Shown here: piece after piece, positions 9,686-18,922 of the stretch | Layout: each line of letters opens with the position of its first letter | Numbering within the stretch: position 1 is the stretch's first letter | NCBI GenBank assembly: GCA_036567965.1 | Contig: DATCTN010000010.1 | Location: 22,510-86,509 of the forward strand | DNA: 64,000 nucleotides | Direction of reading: 5' to 3' | Source of the DNA: Candidatus Kryptoniota bacterium | GTDB lineage: Bacteria; Bacteroidota; Ignavibacteria; Kryptoniales; JAKASW01 | Made by a program: the position numbers and the translations under genes | The notes under the pieces: generated by a model | What the model saw: only the letters and a program-made list of their open reading frames with translations | What the model was told of the DNA's origin: nothing | Databases searched by the model: none

Positions 9686-10093
9686 CTGAATACCATTCTG
9701 CGAGAATATGAAACGACTTTCATCGTGAATTCCAATCTTGAAGACAATCAGGTCGAATCGGTTATCACGAGATACCAGCAGTTTATAATCAAGAACAGCG
9801 GTGAGGTAGTGACCATCGATCGTTGGGGAAGAAGGAGACTCGCGTACACAATCAGGAAGAAGAATGCGGGATTTTACGTGCAGATATTCCACAAGTCTCC
9901 GACCGACATCGTCGCAAAGCTCGAGCAGATGTTCAAGCTGGACGAAGAGATTATCCGTCACCTTACAGTGGTGGTCGACAAGAACATGCAGAAGGCGCGG
10001 GCGGGCGTGAAAAAGCGAAGGCGCCAGCGCTTGACGAAGACGGAACAGGCCGATATCGCTACAGCGATGACGGAAAAAGAGCACGTTGAATAA
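9686..10093 (+). CDS. rpsF: 30S ribosomal protein S6, probably starting at a non-AUG (CTG) codon
   Basis: The frame opens after TAA 9683-9685. (M/L)NTILREYETTFIV aligns with the conserved S6 N-terminus (MRHYEIVFMV in E. coli). AGGAGG at 9671-9676 sits 9 nt before CTG 9686. The GTG at 9725 from the ORF track would remove the conserved first strand. Confidence 0.8.
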   Translation: MNTILREYETTFIVNSNLEDNQVESVITRYQQFIIKNSGEVVTIDRWGRRRLAYTIRKKNAGFYVQIFHKSPTDIVAKLEQMFKLDEEIIRHLTVVVDKNMQKARAGVKKRRRQRLTKTEQADIATAMTEKEHVE

Positions 10094-10132
10094 CAGGATG
10101 CTGAGCAAGGTTAACTCAATGATGGAGGATGT

Positions 10133-10615
10133 ATGGCTGACTTGAAAATGCCCGAGATGAACAGCGTCATCATAGCGGGAAACCTCACAAAGGATCCCAT
10201 CTTCCGGCAGACGACCAACGGCACACCGGTGGTCAACTTCACCGTCGCTTCAAACAGGAAATTCCGCGACAGTGGAAACCAATGGCAGGAAGACGTTTGC
10301 TACGTCGGTATTGTCGCATGGAACAAGTTGGCAGACAGCTGCCGCGACAGGCTAAAGAAAGGGAGCGCAGTTCTGATCGACGGTGAGCTTCAGAGCCGTA
10401 ACTGGAAAACGGACGACGGTCACAATCGATCTATCGTGGAGATCAAGGCAAGAAGAATACAGTTCCTCAACAAGCGCGGACGCATGGCGGAAATCGGACC
10501 GGATCAGGTCGCGGAAGAAGAGCCGACCACATTCGAAGACGATTCGTTCGACCGGTTTCTAACCCACGAAGAATCCGATTTATTGAAAAACAACGGTCAA
10601 AAAACCAGCGAGTAG
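10133..10615 (+). CDS. ssb: Single-stranded DNA-binding protein
   Basis: 160 aa. OB-fold N-terminus ([32 protein letters not shown]...W...V.AW). Position rpsF-ssb-rpsR is canonical. Confidence 0.9.
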   Translation: MADLKMPEMNSVIIAGNLTKDPIFRQTTNGTPVVNFTVASNRKFRDSGNQWQEDVCYVGIVAWNKLADSCRDRLKKGSAVLIDGELQSRNWKTDDGHNRSIVEIKARRIQFLNKRGRMAEIGPDQVAEEEPTTFEDDSFDRFLTHEESDLLKNNGQKTSE

Positions 10616-10620
10616 AAGAA

Positions 10621-10857
10621 TTGGTACCAGTAAAGGAAATAAAAAAGAGAAAAGTCTGCAGGTTCTGTGAGAACGGCGACGTGTATGTCGATTACAAAGA
10701 CGATAAGCGGCTTATCAAGTTTACTTCGGAACAAGGGAAAATAATTCCCCGCCGTGTGACGGGAACCTGCGCAAAACATCAGCGGCAGCTCGCCCTGGCA
10801 ATAAAAAGGGCGCGCCACCTTGCGCTTCTTCCATTTGTCTCAGACATAATCCGCTGA
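10621..10857 (+). CDS. rpsR: 30S ribosomal protein S18
   Basis: 78 aa, TTG start. CRFC...VDYKD...[33 protein letters not shown]. Confidence 0.93.
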   Translation: MVPVKEIKKRKVCRFCENGDVYVDYKDDKRLIKFTSEQGKIIPRRVTGTCAKHQRQLALAIKRARHLALLPFVSDIIR

Positions 10858-11048
10858 ACAGCGGAAAGAGAACGCAATCGGGTCCGGATACACGCGGAGA
10901 TATTCCCTGCAAGGGATTTATAGGCCGACTGAAGGACCGGTCGTCATATTTTGCGTAGAGTTTATTGTAAAGAAGAGACACACCGAGGGAGAATGTCCGT
11001 AAACCGAAATGGCAAGTCTCTCTTGAGGCAAACTCAACAGGAGTTAAA

Positions 11049-11498
11049 ATGAAGGTTATACTCAGAAAGAATTACGAAGGACTCGGCGAGATCGGAAAGA
11101 TCGTCGATGTAAAGGACGGGTACGCGAGGAATTTCCTGATCCCACAAAAGGTCGCCTACCCGTTTGCGCCTGGGTACATGAAGATGATCGAGAACGAGAA
11201 GAAGGCGTACCAGGCAAAACAAAACAAGGAAGTCCACGACGCGGAAGTTATGTCGCAGAAACTGACCGGAGTGGAAATAACAATAGAGGTCCAGGCCGGC
11301 GAAGAGGACAAGCTATTCGGATCGGTCACTTCACAGATGATCGCCGACAAACTGGCCACTAAAGGGATGGAGGTCGACCGCCGCCGTATCGACCTGGCGG
11401 AACCGATCAAGTCATTGGGAACTTACAAGGTTCCGGTGAAGCTTCATCAGCAGGTCTCAGCGGAGATCACCGTCAACGTCGTGAAGCAGCCTGAGTAA
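11049..11498 (+). CDS. rplI: 50S ribosomal protein L9
   Basis: 149 aa. MKVILRKNYEGLGEIGKIVDVKDGYARNFLIPQ is the canonical L9 N-terminus. Confidence 0.95.
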   Translation: MKVILRKNYEGLGEIGKIVDVKDGYARNFLIPQKVAYPFAPGYMKMIENEKKAYQAKQNKEVHDAEVMSQKLTGVEITIEVQAGEEDKLFGSVTSQMIADKLATKGMEVDRRRIDLAEPIKSLGTYKVPVKLHQQVSAEITVNVVKQPE

Positions 11499-11614
11499 TT
11501 TCGAGTCTGCGCGGCGGCGATCGCTGCGAACCTCACGAGTTTCAGAAGCATCTCATTAGTCGAAGGTTTCTTGACTGACCTTGAGTACAACATTATCTTA
11601 TTGAAGAGAAAAAC

Positions 11615-12343
11615 TTGGAAAATGTTAGTATCCTGACGGCGTTTGTGTTCGGGATAATTTCGTTCATATCGCCGTGCGTGTTGCCGATAGTACCTGGTTA
11701 CCTTTCGTTCATAAGCGGATACAGCTTTGACGAGATGGTGACCAGCTCGCGGAAGGCTCTCTTCAAGAAAGTAACAGTCAACTCGATTCTCTTCGTGGTC
11801 GGGTTCTCAATTGTTTTCATTGCGCTCGGTGCATCGGCCACCGCGCTGGGGAAATTTCTGCTCGCGAAACTTGATCTCTTTTCCAAGATTGCGGGGGTCA
11901 TTATCATAATATTCGGCCTTCACATGATCGGTGTGTTCAAGATAAATTTTCTCAACTATGAGAAGAAGTTTCACACGGACAAACGGATCGGCCCGGCCGG
12001 TTCGCTTGTCGCCGGACTTGCATTCGCGTTTGGATGGACACCATGCATCGGACCGGTCCTCGCCGCGATTCTGACAATTGCTGCACAACAGGACACGATC
12101 GGGAAAGGTATTTTCCTTCTCTCGGTTTATTCACTCGGACTTGGAATACCGTTCCTGGTGACAAGTCTCAGCATAAACGCCTTTCTCGCGTTCTTCAAAA
12201 GGTTCGGCAAGTATCTTAGGTGGGTGGAAATAACGGGCGGCGTTCTTCTGATCGCGGTCGGAGCTTTGATCATGACAAACAATCTGACCGTGCTTTCCGG
12301 ATATTTTGCGAAGTGGTTCCCGTTTCTTAACGAATTATCATGA
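11615..12343 (+). CDS. ccdA: Cytochrome c biogenesis / thiol-disulfide electron transporter CcdA (DsbD-family membrane core)
   Basis: 242 aa, multi-TM. Two conserved Cys-Pro contexts (SPCVLPIVPGY and TPCIGPVLAAIL). Confidence 0.88.
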   Translation: MENVSILTAFVFGIISFISPCVLPIVPGYLSFISGYSFDEMVTSSRKALFKKVTVNSILFVVGFSIVFIALGASATALGKFLLAKLDLFSKIAGVIIIIFGLHMIGVFKINFLNYEKKFHTDKRIGPAGSLVAGLAFAFGWTPCIGPVLAAILTIAAQQDTIGKGIFLLSVYSLGLGIPFLVTSLSINAFLAFFKRFGKYLRWVEITGGVLLIAVGALIMTNNLTVLSGYFAKWFPFLNELS

Positions 12344-12367
12344 AAGCGACCAACCAAAGGACAATAT

Positions 12368-14203
12368 ATGAATAAGACGACTGAGACATTGGAAGATGTT
12401 GTGATACGATTTGCGGGGGATTCCGGCGACGGCATGCAGCTGACCGGGACTCAATTCACGAATACAACGGCGCTTGTCGGTAACGACTTGAGCACGCTCC
12501 CCGATTATCCTGCGGAGATCAGAGCTCCTGCCGGCACACTGTTCGGAGTTTCGAGCTTTCAACTCCGTTTCTCAAGTTGGGACATACTCACACCAGGCGA
12601 TCAGCCGGACGTGCTTGTTGCGATGAACCCTGCTGCACTGAAGGTTCATTTGAAGGATCTCAAAAAGGGCGGATTGATCCTCGCGAACACGGACGCGTTT
12701 GACGACAAGAATCTCGACCTCGCAGGATTTTTGTCCAATCCGTTGACAGATGGCGAGCTTGATAATTATAGAGTGATCGAAGTCCCTGTTACGAAGTTGA
12801 CACTGAACGCGCTCCAGGGGCTCGGTCTTACCCAGAAGGAGTCGGTCCGCTGCAAGAACTTCTTTGCCCTGGGACTCATGTACTGGATGTACTCGCGTCC
12901 GATGGAGCCGACTGAAGATTGGATCAAGGACAAATTCTCAAAGGAGCCGAAGATAGCCGAAGCGAACGACAAAGCTTTGAAGGCGGGCTATTACTACGGT
13001 GAAACCACTGAAGCATTCGCTTCGCGATTTGACGTGAAGCCCGCGCAGCTCAAGCCCGGTCTCTACAGAAACATTACGGGAAACGAAGCTACTGCGCTCG
13101 GAGTGGTGGCGGCCGCTCAGAAAGCAGCCATACCACTTTATTACGCAAGTTATCCAATCACTCCCGCTAGCGACATACTTCACAATCTTTCGATGTACAA
13201 GAATTACGGAGTGAAGACGTTCCAGGCGGAGGATGAGATCGCTGCGGCCGGTGCCGCACTCGGCGCTTCTTACGCGGGAAATCTTGCAGTTACCGGAACG
13301 AGCGGTCCTGGAGCAGCTCTTAAATCGGAAACCATCAGCCTCGGCATCATGCTCGAGCTGCCGCTTGTGATCATCGACGTCCAACGCGGCGGTCCTTCCA
13401 CGGGATTGCCGACAAAAACCGAACAGGCCGATTTGCTGTTCGTCACTTACGGACGACACGGCGAAGCACCTGCGCCGGTCATTGCGGCCTCTACTCCAGC
13501 CGATTGTTTCAACATGGCGTACGAAGCAGCAAGGATAGCCGTGAAATACATGACACCGGTTTATCTTCTGACCGATGGTTACCTGGCGAACGGAAGCGAG
13601 CCATGGCTTGTCCCCGACGCGGGCAGCCTTTCTCCGATACCGGTGAAATTCAGAACTGATCCGGAAGGCTTTCAGCCTTACGCGAGAAATGAAAACAACG
13701 TGAGGCCCTGGGCAATTCCCGGTGTTCCCGGACTTGAGCACAGGGTCGGCGGCCTCGAAAAACAAAACATCACCGGGAATGTAAGCTATGATCCGGACAA
13801 TCATGACGAGATGGTCCGGCTGAGAGCCGAAAAAGTGAAGGGGATCGCTAAAGACATTCCCCTTCAGGAAGTGCACGGCGAACAAAGCGGAGAACTTCTC
13901 GTGATTAGCTGGGGCGGCACTTACGGCGCCGTCAGGTCTTCGGTGGAACATCTTCGCAAGAAAGGTGTCAAACTATCCCACGCTCATCTGAGATACCTGA
14001 ATCCCTTCCCGAGGAATCTCGGCGAAATTCTGAAAAACTTCAAAAAGATTCTTGTTCCGGAGATAAATCTCGGCCAACTCGCAAAATTGTTGAGGTCGGA
14101 ATACCTTGTGCCTGTAATCCAATTCAACAAGGTAAGGGGACTTCCCTTGAGATCGAACGAGCTTGAAGAAGCTATGAAAAATGCGTTAGGAGGTGCAAAG
14201 TAA
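12368..14203 (+). CDS. korA: 2-oxoacid (2-oxoglutarate):ferredoxin oxidoreductase, alpha subunit
   Basis: 611 aa. N-terminus [16 protein letters not shown] and an internal GNEA.ALG...YPITPAS pattern. Start/stop are coupled with the beta subunit (14203). Confidence 0.9.
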   Translation: MNKTTETLEDVVIRFAGDSGDGMQLTGTQFTNTTALVGNDLSTLPDYPAEIRAPAGTLFGVSSFQLRFSSWDILTPGDQPDVLVAMNPAALKVHLKDLKKGGLILANTDAFDDKNLDLAGFLSNPLTDGELDNYRVIEVPVTKLTLNALQGLGLTQKESVRCKNFFALGLMYWMYSRPMEPTEDWIKDKFSKEPKIAEANDKALKAGYYYGETTEAFASRFDVKPAQLKPGLYRNITGNEATALGVVAAAQKAAIPLYYASYPITPASDILHNLSMYKNYGVKTFQAEDEIAAAGAALGASYAGNLAVTGTSGPGAALKSETISLGIMLELPLVIIDVQRGGPSTGLPTKTEQADLLFVTYGRHGEAPAPVIAASTPADCFNMAYEAARIAVKYMTPVYLLTDGYLANGSEPWLVPDAGSLSPIPVKFRTDPEGFQPYARNENNVRPWAIPGVPGLEHRVGGLEKQNITGNVSYDPDNHDEMVRLRAEKVKGIAKDIPLQEVHGEQSGELLVISWGGTYGAVRSSVEHLRKKGVKLSHAHLRYLNPFPRNLGEILKNFKKILVPEINLGQLAKLLRSEYLVPVIQFNKVRGLPLRSNELEEAMKNALGGAK

Positions 14204-15246
14204 TGGCTACCATGAACGGAAACGATGATACAGCGGTAAAGAAATTTACGGCGAAGGATTTCGCGTCGGACCAGGATGTCCGATGGTGCCCGGGGTGCGG
14301 AGATTATTCGATTCTTGCGCAGGTCCAGAGAGTTCTCCCCGAGCTCGATGTGCCGAAGGAGAAACACGTTTTCATTTCAGGCATCGGATGTTCGAGCAGG
14401 TTCCCGTATTACATGAATGCATACGGGGTGCACGGCATACATGGACGCGCACCCGCGATTGCTACGGGCGTCAAGACGGCGAACCCGGATCTCACCGTCT
14501 GGGTCGCCACCGGCGACGGCGACGCGCTTTCGATAGGCGGAAACCACTTCATCCACGCACTTAGAAGGAACATCGGTCTGAAGATCATGCTCTTCAACAA
14601 CCGCATTTACGGCCTTACGAAGGGACAGTACTCGCCTACGTCGGAGCTCGGCAAAAAGACGAAGTCGACCCCATACGGCACCATCGACTACCCGTTCAAT
14701 CCTGTTCAACTCGCCCTCGGGGCCGAAGGAACATTTGTTGCGCGTTCGATGGACAGGGATCCGAAACACCTCCAGCAAACAATTCTGAGAGCGGCAAAAC
14801 ACAACGGCACCGCGTTTATCGAGATCTACCAAAACTGCAACGTGTTCAACGACGGCGCCTTCTTTCTTTATACCGAAAAGGAATCTAGACCGGACAACGT
14901 GCTGTACATGGAGCACGGCAAGCCGCTTGTCTTCGGAAAGGAAAACGACAAAGGCATTCGACTCAATGTCTTTACACCGGAAATCGTCTCGTTGAAGGAC
15001 GGGAAGTACAGCATCTCCGATCTGCTGGTCTACGACGAGACCTCGTTCGATCTGGCAATGCTTCTTGCTTCGTTCAGCGAGAGAGTGGGCTTCCCGACAC
15101 CTGTCGGACTGTTCTACCAACTCGAACGACCGAGCTACGAGAAAATGATGACAGAGCAAATCGAAAACGTCACCAAGAAGAGAGGTGCCGGCGACCTCGA
15201 CAAGCTTCTGAAGTCAGGCAACACCTGGGTCGTTTCCGCAAACTAG
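14203..15246 (+). CDS. korB: 2-oxoacid:ferredoxin oxidoreductase, beta (TPP-binding) subunit
   Basis: 347 aa. WCPGCGDYSIL and the TPP motif ATGDGDALSIGGNH. Confidence 0.92.
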   Translation: MATMNGNDDTAVKKFTAKDFASDQDVRWCPGCGDYSILAQVQRVLPELDVPKEKHVFISGIGCSSRFPYYMNAYGVHGIHGRAPAIATGVKTANPDLTVWVATGDGDALSIGGNHFIHALRRNIGLKIMLFNNRIYGLTKGQYSPTSELGKKTKSTPYGTIDYPFNPVQLALGAEGTFVARSMDRDPKHLQQTILRAAKHNGTAFIEIYQNCNVFNDGAFFLYTEKESRPDNVLYMEHGKPLVFGKENDKGIRLNVFTPEIVSLKDGKYSISDLLVYDETSFDLAMLLASFSERVGFPTPVGLFYQLERPSYEKMMTEQIENVTKKRGAGDLDKLLKSGNTWVVSAN

Positions 15247-15252
15247 CCTTTA

Positions 15253-15286
15253 GGGGCGGTCGAAAGACCGCCCTTTCGTTTTTTCC
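15253..15286 (+). terminator. Rho-independent terminator after korB
   Basis: GGGGCGGTC-gaaa-GACCGCCC followed by tttcgtttttt. Confidence 0.85.
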
Positions 15287-15307
15287 ATATCTTACTACGG
15301 AGATTGA

Positions 15308-16303
15308 ATGGACCAATCTGAGCGCGAGGAAATATTCCGGAAGCTCGTTGATGGAAACAAAAAGTTCGTCCTTACCACTCACGTAAATCCGGACGCCGAT
15401 GGTCTCGGGTCGGAGCTCGCGCTGAACAGATTCCTTCTGAAACTCGGCAAGGAATCCATAATACTCAATCACAGCGAAACGCCCTCAAATCATGTCTTTC
15501 TCGATCATGATAACCAGATTCTGAAATTTAATCCCGACAGGGATGGACAAAGAATTCTCGGTGCCGATGTCTTGATTGCTCTCGACATGAACAATTCAAA
15601 CAGGCTGAGGAGTTTGGAAGAGTTTTTCCTTGAGAGTAAGGCGAAGAAAATCATTATTGACCATCATCTTGACGCCCAGGATTTTGTCGATTATCAGTTG
15701 ATTGATCTAGACTCGCCTGCGACTGCGGAGATAGTTTACAAGCTGATGATGGCTTACGACAGCACTTTAATCGATCAGAGCATAGCTGAAGGAATCTATG
15801 CTGGAATCATGACAGACACAGGTTCGTTCAGGTTCCCGCGGACGGACGCGGAGATCCACAGGATAACATCGCATCTCCTAGAGCTGGGTGTCGACCCGAC
15901 ATACGTTTACAACAATTTGTTCGAGCAGAACTCGGCGGGCCGACAGAAGCTGCTGGGTGATGCCCTGGCTGGGCTGAAACTCGATTACGACGGGCGTGTT
16001 TCGTACTTCAAGGTCACCATCGAGGACCTGAAACGGAATCACGTGATGCCCGATGAGACGGACCAGTTTGTGAATCATGCCGGCGCGATCGCAGGTGTGG
16101 TAGTAACAATATTTTTCATGGAACTTCCGGACGGCGTCAAAATTAGTTTCAGGTCGAAGGGCGACGTTCCCGTAAACGAACTCGCCAAATTCTACGGCGG
16201 CGGCGGCCATAAGAACGCGGCGGGAGCACGAATACACAACGCAGGACTTGCAGAGACTATTTCAACCGTCCTCAAAGACGTTTCGAAGATCTTACCGCGT
16301 TGA
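15308..16303 (+). CDS. nrnA: DHH-family phosphoesterase (NrnA-type oligoribonuclease/pAp phosphatase)
   Basis: 331 aa. Motifs H.NPDADG, DHH (IIIDHHLD), GIMTDTG.FRF and GGGH (DHHA1). Confidence 0.85.
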   Translation: MDQSEREEIFRKLVDGNKKFVLTTHVNPDADGLGSELALNRFLLKLGKESIILNHSETPSNHVFLDHDNQILKFNPDRDGQRILGADVLIALDMNNSNRLRSLEEFFLESKAKKIIIDHHLDAQDFVDYQLIDLDSPATAEIVYKLMMAYDSTLIDQSIAEGIYAGIMTDTGSFRFPRTDAEIHRITSHLLELGVDPTYVYNNLFEQNSAGRQKLLGDALAGLKLDYDGRVSYFKVTIEDLKRNHVMPDETDQFVNHAGAIAGVVVTIFFMELPDGVKISFRSKGDVPVNELAKFYGGGGHKNAAGARIHNAGLAETISTVLKDVSKILPR

Positions 16304-16325
16304 CTATCCTTTCAAAGGAGGAAGA

Positions 16326-17834
16326 ATGAAGGTAGAATTCAAAGAGAAGAACTCCAACGAAGTAAACGGAGACGTCCTGATCTTAGTATTGACTAAGGAA
16401 GACGTCGTTCCTGAAAAGAGGAAAAAGGGCAAGCGAAGAATTTCTTCCCTCCTGGGAAAACACGAAGACATCCTCGAGAGCGCCATCAGCAGAAGCGAAT
16501 TTGAAGGCGACAAGGGACAGCAACTCACAATTCACACGACCGGGAATCGGCGTGCCATGATACTCTGCGGTTCGGGAGAGAGGTCGCAACTCTCGAACGA
16601 AAGCCTGAGACGTGCAGCTGCCGCAGGGCTGAAAGCCGGCCAGGCACTGAAAGCGAAATCGATCGTCATCTCCGCGCTCGAACCGACAGTTGAACAGTGT
16701 GGCGACTACGAGACCGTTCATTCTCTTCTTGAGGGGGCGAAACTTGCGGCGTATAAATTCGACAAGTATCTGACGGAGGATAAGAAATCTTCTAAAGTGG
16801 AACAGATTTTGGTAGCGATGGAGAATGTTAAGCCGGCAATAGGCGCGAAGGCGGCGAGAGACGTGCAGCTGATTTGTGACGCCGTGTTCCTTGCGCGGGA
16901 TCTTTCAAACGCGCCGGCGAGCGAGATCTACCCTGAAACACTTGCGCGCGCTGCCGCTGCAATGGGACGCGCATTCCGGGTAAGAGTAACGGTACTCGAC
17001 GAAAAGAAAATTCGATCCCTAAGGATGGGTGGATTGCTGGCAGTCAACTCGGGAAGCACAAAGCCACCTCGCTTTATCATCATGGAATATTATGGAAACA
17101 GAAAGAGCAGGGACATTTACGCGATAATCGGGAAGGGAATAACATTCGACAGCGGCGGTATATCACTTAAGCCCGCGGCCGGGATGGGAGAAATGAAGAT
17201 GGACATGTCGGGCGCAGCCGCAGTGATCGGGACGATTCAGGCAGTCGCCTCACTTAAGCTTCCTGTTAATGTTGTCGCACTAGCTCCTGCAACAGAGAAC
17301 CTTCCAGGCGGATCGGCATATAAGCCGGGGGACGTGGTCACAACTATGTCGGGGAAGACAATAGAGGTGGATAACACCGACGCGGAAGGACGGATCATTC
17401 TTTCTGACGCGCTGTTCTACGCGCAGAAATACAAGCCGAAGGCTATCATCGACCTGGCGACTTTGACCGGCGCAGTCGTCGTGGCGCTCGGTCATCATGC
17501 GACGGGAATGTTCGGCACCGCCGATGAGGTGATGTTGCAGTTAAAAGACGCCGGGGAAAAAACTTACGAACGTGTTTGGCAACTTCCGATTTTTGAGGAG
17601 TATGAAAAGCAAATCAAGAGTGACATAGCGGATGTGAAGAACACGGGCGGCCGATGGGGCGGGGCGATCACGGCGGCGCTGTTTCTGAAGAAATTCGTCG
17701 GCGATTACCCGTGGGTCCATCTCGATATCGCCGGCACCGCGATGCTTGAAGACGCGTCGGACTATTCGCCGCGCGGCGGCTCGGGAGTAGGCGTCAGACT
17801 ACTAACTCAGTTTTTCAAACAGATATCTGCCTGA
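16326..17834 (+). CDS. pepA: Leucyl aminopeptidase (peptidase M17)
   Basis: ATG 16326 with AAGGAGG directly upstream; the ORF-track start at 16248 overlaps nrnA. Motifs VGKGITFDSGG and NTDAEGR(I)ILSDAL. Confidence 0.92.
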   Translation: MKVEFKEKNSNEVNGDVLILVLTKEDVVPEKRKKGKRRISSLLGKHEDILESAISRSEFEGDKGQQLTIHTTGNRRAMILCGSGERSQLSNESLRRAAAAGLKAGQALKAKSIVISALEPTVEQCGDYETVHSLLEGAKLAAYKFDKYLTEDKKSSKVEQILVAMENVKPAIGAKAARDVQLICDAVFLARDLSNAPASEIYPETLARAAAAMGRAFRVRVTVLDEKKIRSLRMGGLLAVNSGSTKPPRFIIMEYYGNRKSRDIYAIIGKGITFDSGGISLKPAAGMGEMKMDMSGAAAVIGTIQAVASLKLPVNVVALAPATENLPGGSAYKPGDVVTTMSGKTIEVDNTDAEGRIILSDALFYAQKYKPKAIIDLATLTGAVVVALGHHATGMFGTADEVMLQLKDAGEKTYERVWQLPIFEEYEKQIKSDIADVKNTGGRWGGAITAALFLKKFVGDYPWVHLDIAGTAMLEDASDYSPRGGSGVGVRLLTQFFKQISA

Positions 17835-17925
17835 AGAAATTTCCACGGTCCGGCTTTCAGGCACCGGTAGATGAGGACGGCCTGGAACTTATCGCAGGAT
17901 AGGCCAGAAGGATTCAGACTGACAA

Positions 17926-18837
17926 TTACCTTTCTGTCGCGTATTCGTCTATCACCTTCAGGTTGTGCCCGGGTCGCGCATCCACCGTTTCAAGTTCGGC
18001 TTTGTTGCCTTTAATCGTAATGAAAGTAATGCAGGGGAAGGATTTCCCTGATGGAGTAAACGCAGTCTTCTCGCTAATCGGTGTAGGATCCTTGTAGCTC
18101 GCGCCACCTGTACCGTTTATGACGTGCACAATTCCGTTCTTCTTATCGACGCCGCCATCCGGTCTTAAAGGCTTTGTCCTGAGATAGATGTGCGCGTGGC
18201 CATTGAATATGAACTTGCATCCATGCTTGTACAAACTTTCCACCCAAGACATGCACGTGGATTCGTAACTTTCTTTGTATGATAAATCGCCGTAAGTCGG
18301 GTTATGCCAGACGCCGATGATCCAATCGGTACCTGGGATGGTAGAAAGGAGGCTGTCGAGCCAGCGCTGCATGACATTCTTAGGTGTCGCATAACCGTCA
18401 CAGAAGATCACGTCGACGTTAGAAACATGAACGGAATAGAAATGTGTTGATCCATTGGCTGAGTTTGTCGGCAATATCCCTGCGGTGTATTTATCGAAGT
18501 TCGTCTCACCGTCTTTGCTCTTGAATTCGTGGTTGCTTGTGCACATGAAGAATTTCCCTTTGACGAAAATGCTGTCCACTCCGGGATAATGGAGGCTCCG
18601 CTGCCAGGCCGCATCGGTTCCGTCATGCGTAAAATCTCCGCAGTGCACCTGGAAATCCCAATCAGTGATCTTATATAGAAGGATATGTGCGATGTCCGAG
18701 CAGGCATTTTCCGCATTTTCTCTTGAGTCGCCCCACAGTGCAATCTTGACGCGTTCCTGTGCAGAAAGCGGAACAATGCTCGTGAAAAATAAAAGGAACG
18801 CAGCAAGGGTGGACAAAATTCGGTTTCTATCTTTCAT
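17926..18837 (-). CDS. Secreted calcineurin-like metallophosphoesterase
   Basis: 303 aa. Signal peptide (LAAFLLFFTSIVPLSAQ). Motifs GDSRE, GDFTHDG, SNHEF and GHAH. Confidence 0.8.
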   Translation of the reverse strand: MKDRNRILSTLAAFLLFFTSIVPLSAQERVKIALWGDSRENAENACSDIAHILLYKITDWDFQVHCGDFTHDGTDAAWQRSLHYPGVDSIFVKGKFFMCTSNHEFKSKDGETNFDKYTAGILPTNSANGSTHFYSVHVSNVDVIFCDGYATPKNVMQRWLDSLLSTIPGTDWIIGVWHNPTYGDLSYKESYESTCMSWVESLYKHGCKFIFNGHAHIYLRTKPLRPDGGVDKKNGIVHVINGTGGASYKDPTPISEKTAFTPSGKSFPCITFITIKGNKAELETVDARPGHNLKVIDEYATER

Positions 18838-18922
18838 TTCAACTCCATTGTAGTTAAGCGAAATCCCGGTGCAGGGCGCTCTTGCCCCGCACCGGGGAAT
18901 ATGCTTCCGCCTCAGAAGGTAC

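Noticed and set aside
10858-11048. A 190-bp spacer between rpsR and rplI as a possible ribosomal-protein leader or ncRNA
   Set aside because: Only short imperfect hairpins (e.g. AGAGAC...GTCTCT) were found, with no motif I can tie to a known r-protein leader. The evidence is insufficient to call a feature.
11505-11530. A GCGATCGC (HIP1-like) palindrome after rplI as a terminator or cyanobacterial signature
   Set aside because: It is a single occurrence with no following U-tract, and nothing else in the window suggests cyanobacterial origin.
12938-13951. 337-aa ORF on the minus strand inside korA. Similar long antisense ORFs occur at 8720-9595, 14377-15159, 25959-26801, 30167-31105, 22390-23046 and 48522-49235.
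   Set aside because: Each lies wholly antisense to, or out of frame with, a gene that has strong family motifs. Their translations are Arg/Ser/Pro-rich low-complexity with no recognisable domains. They are typical shadow ORFs.
16248-16325. Upstream starts for pepA (16248), fni (30143), the thioesterase (52058), the RidA-like gene (6341) and ptsI (32428) as given in the ORF track
   Set aside because: Internal ATGs with proper SD sequences coincide with the conserved family N-termini. The longer versions overlap the preceding genes extensively.
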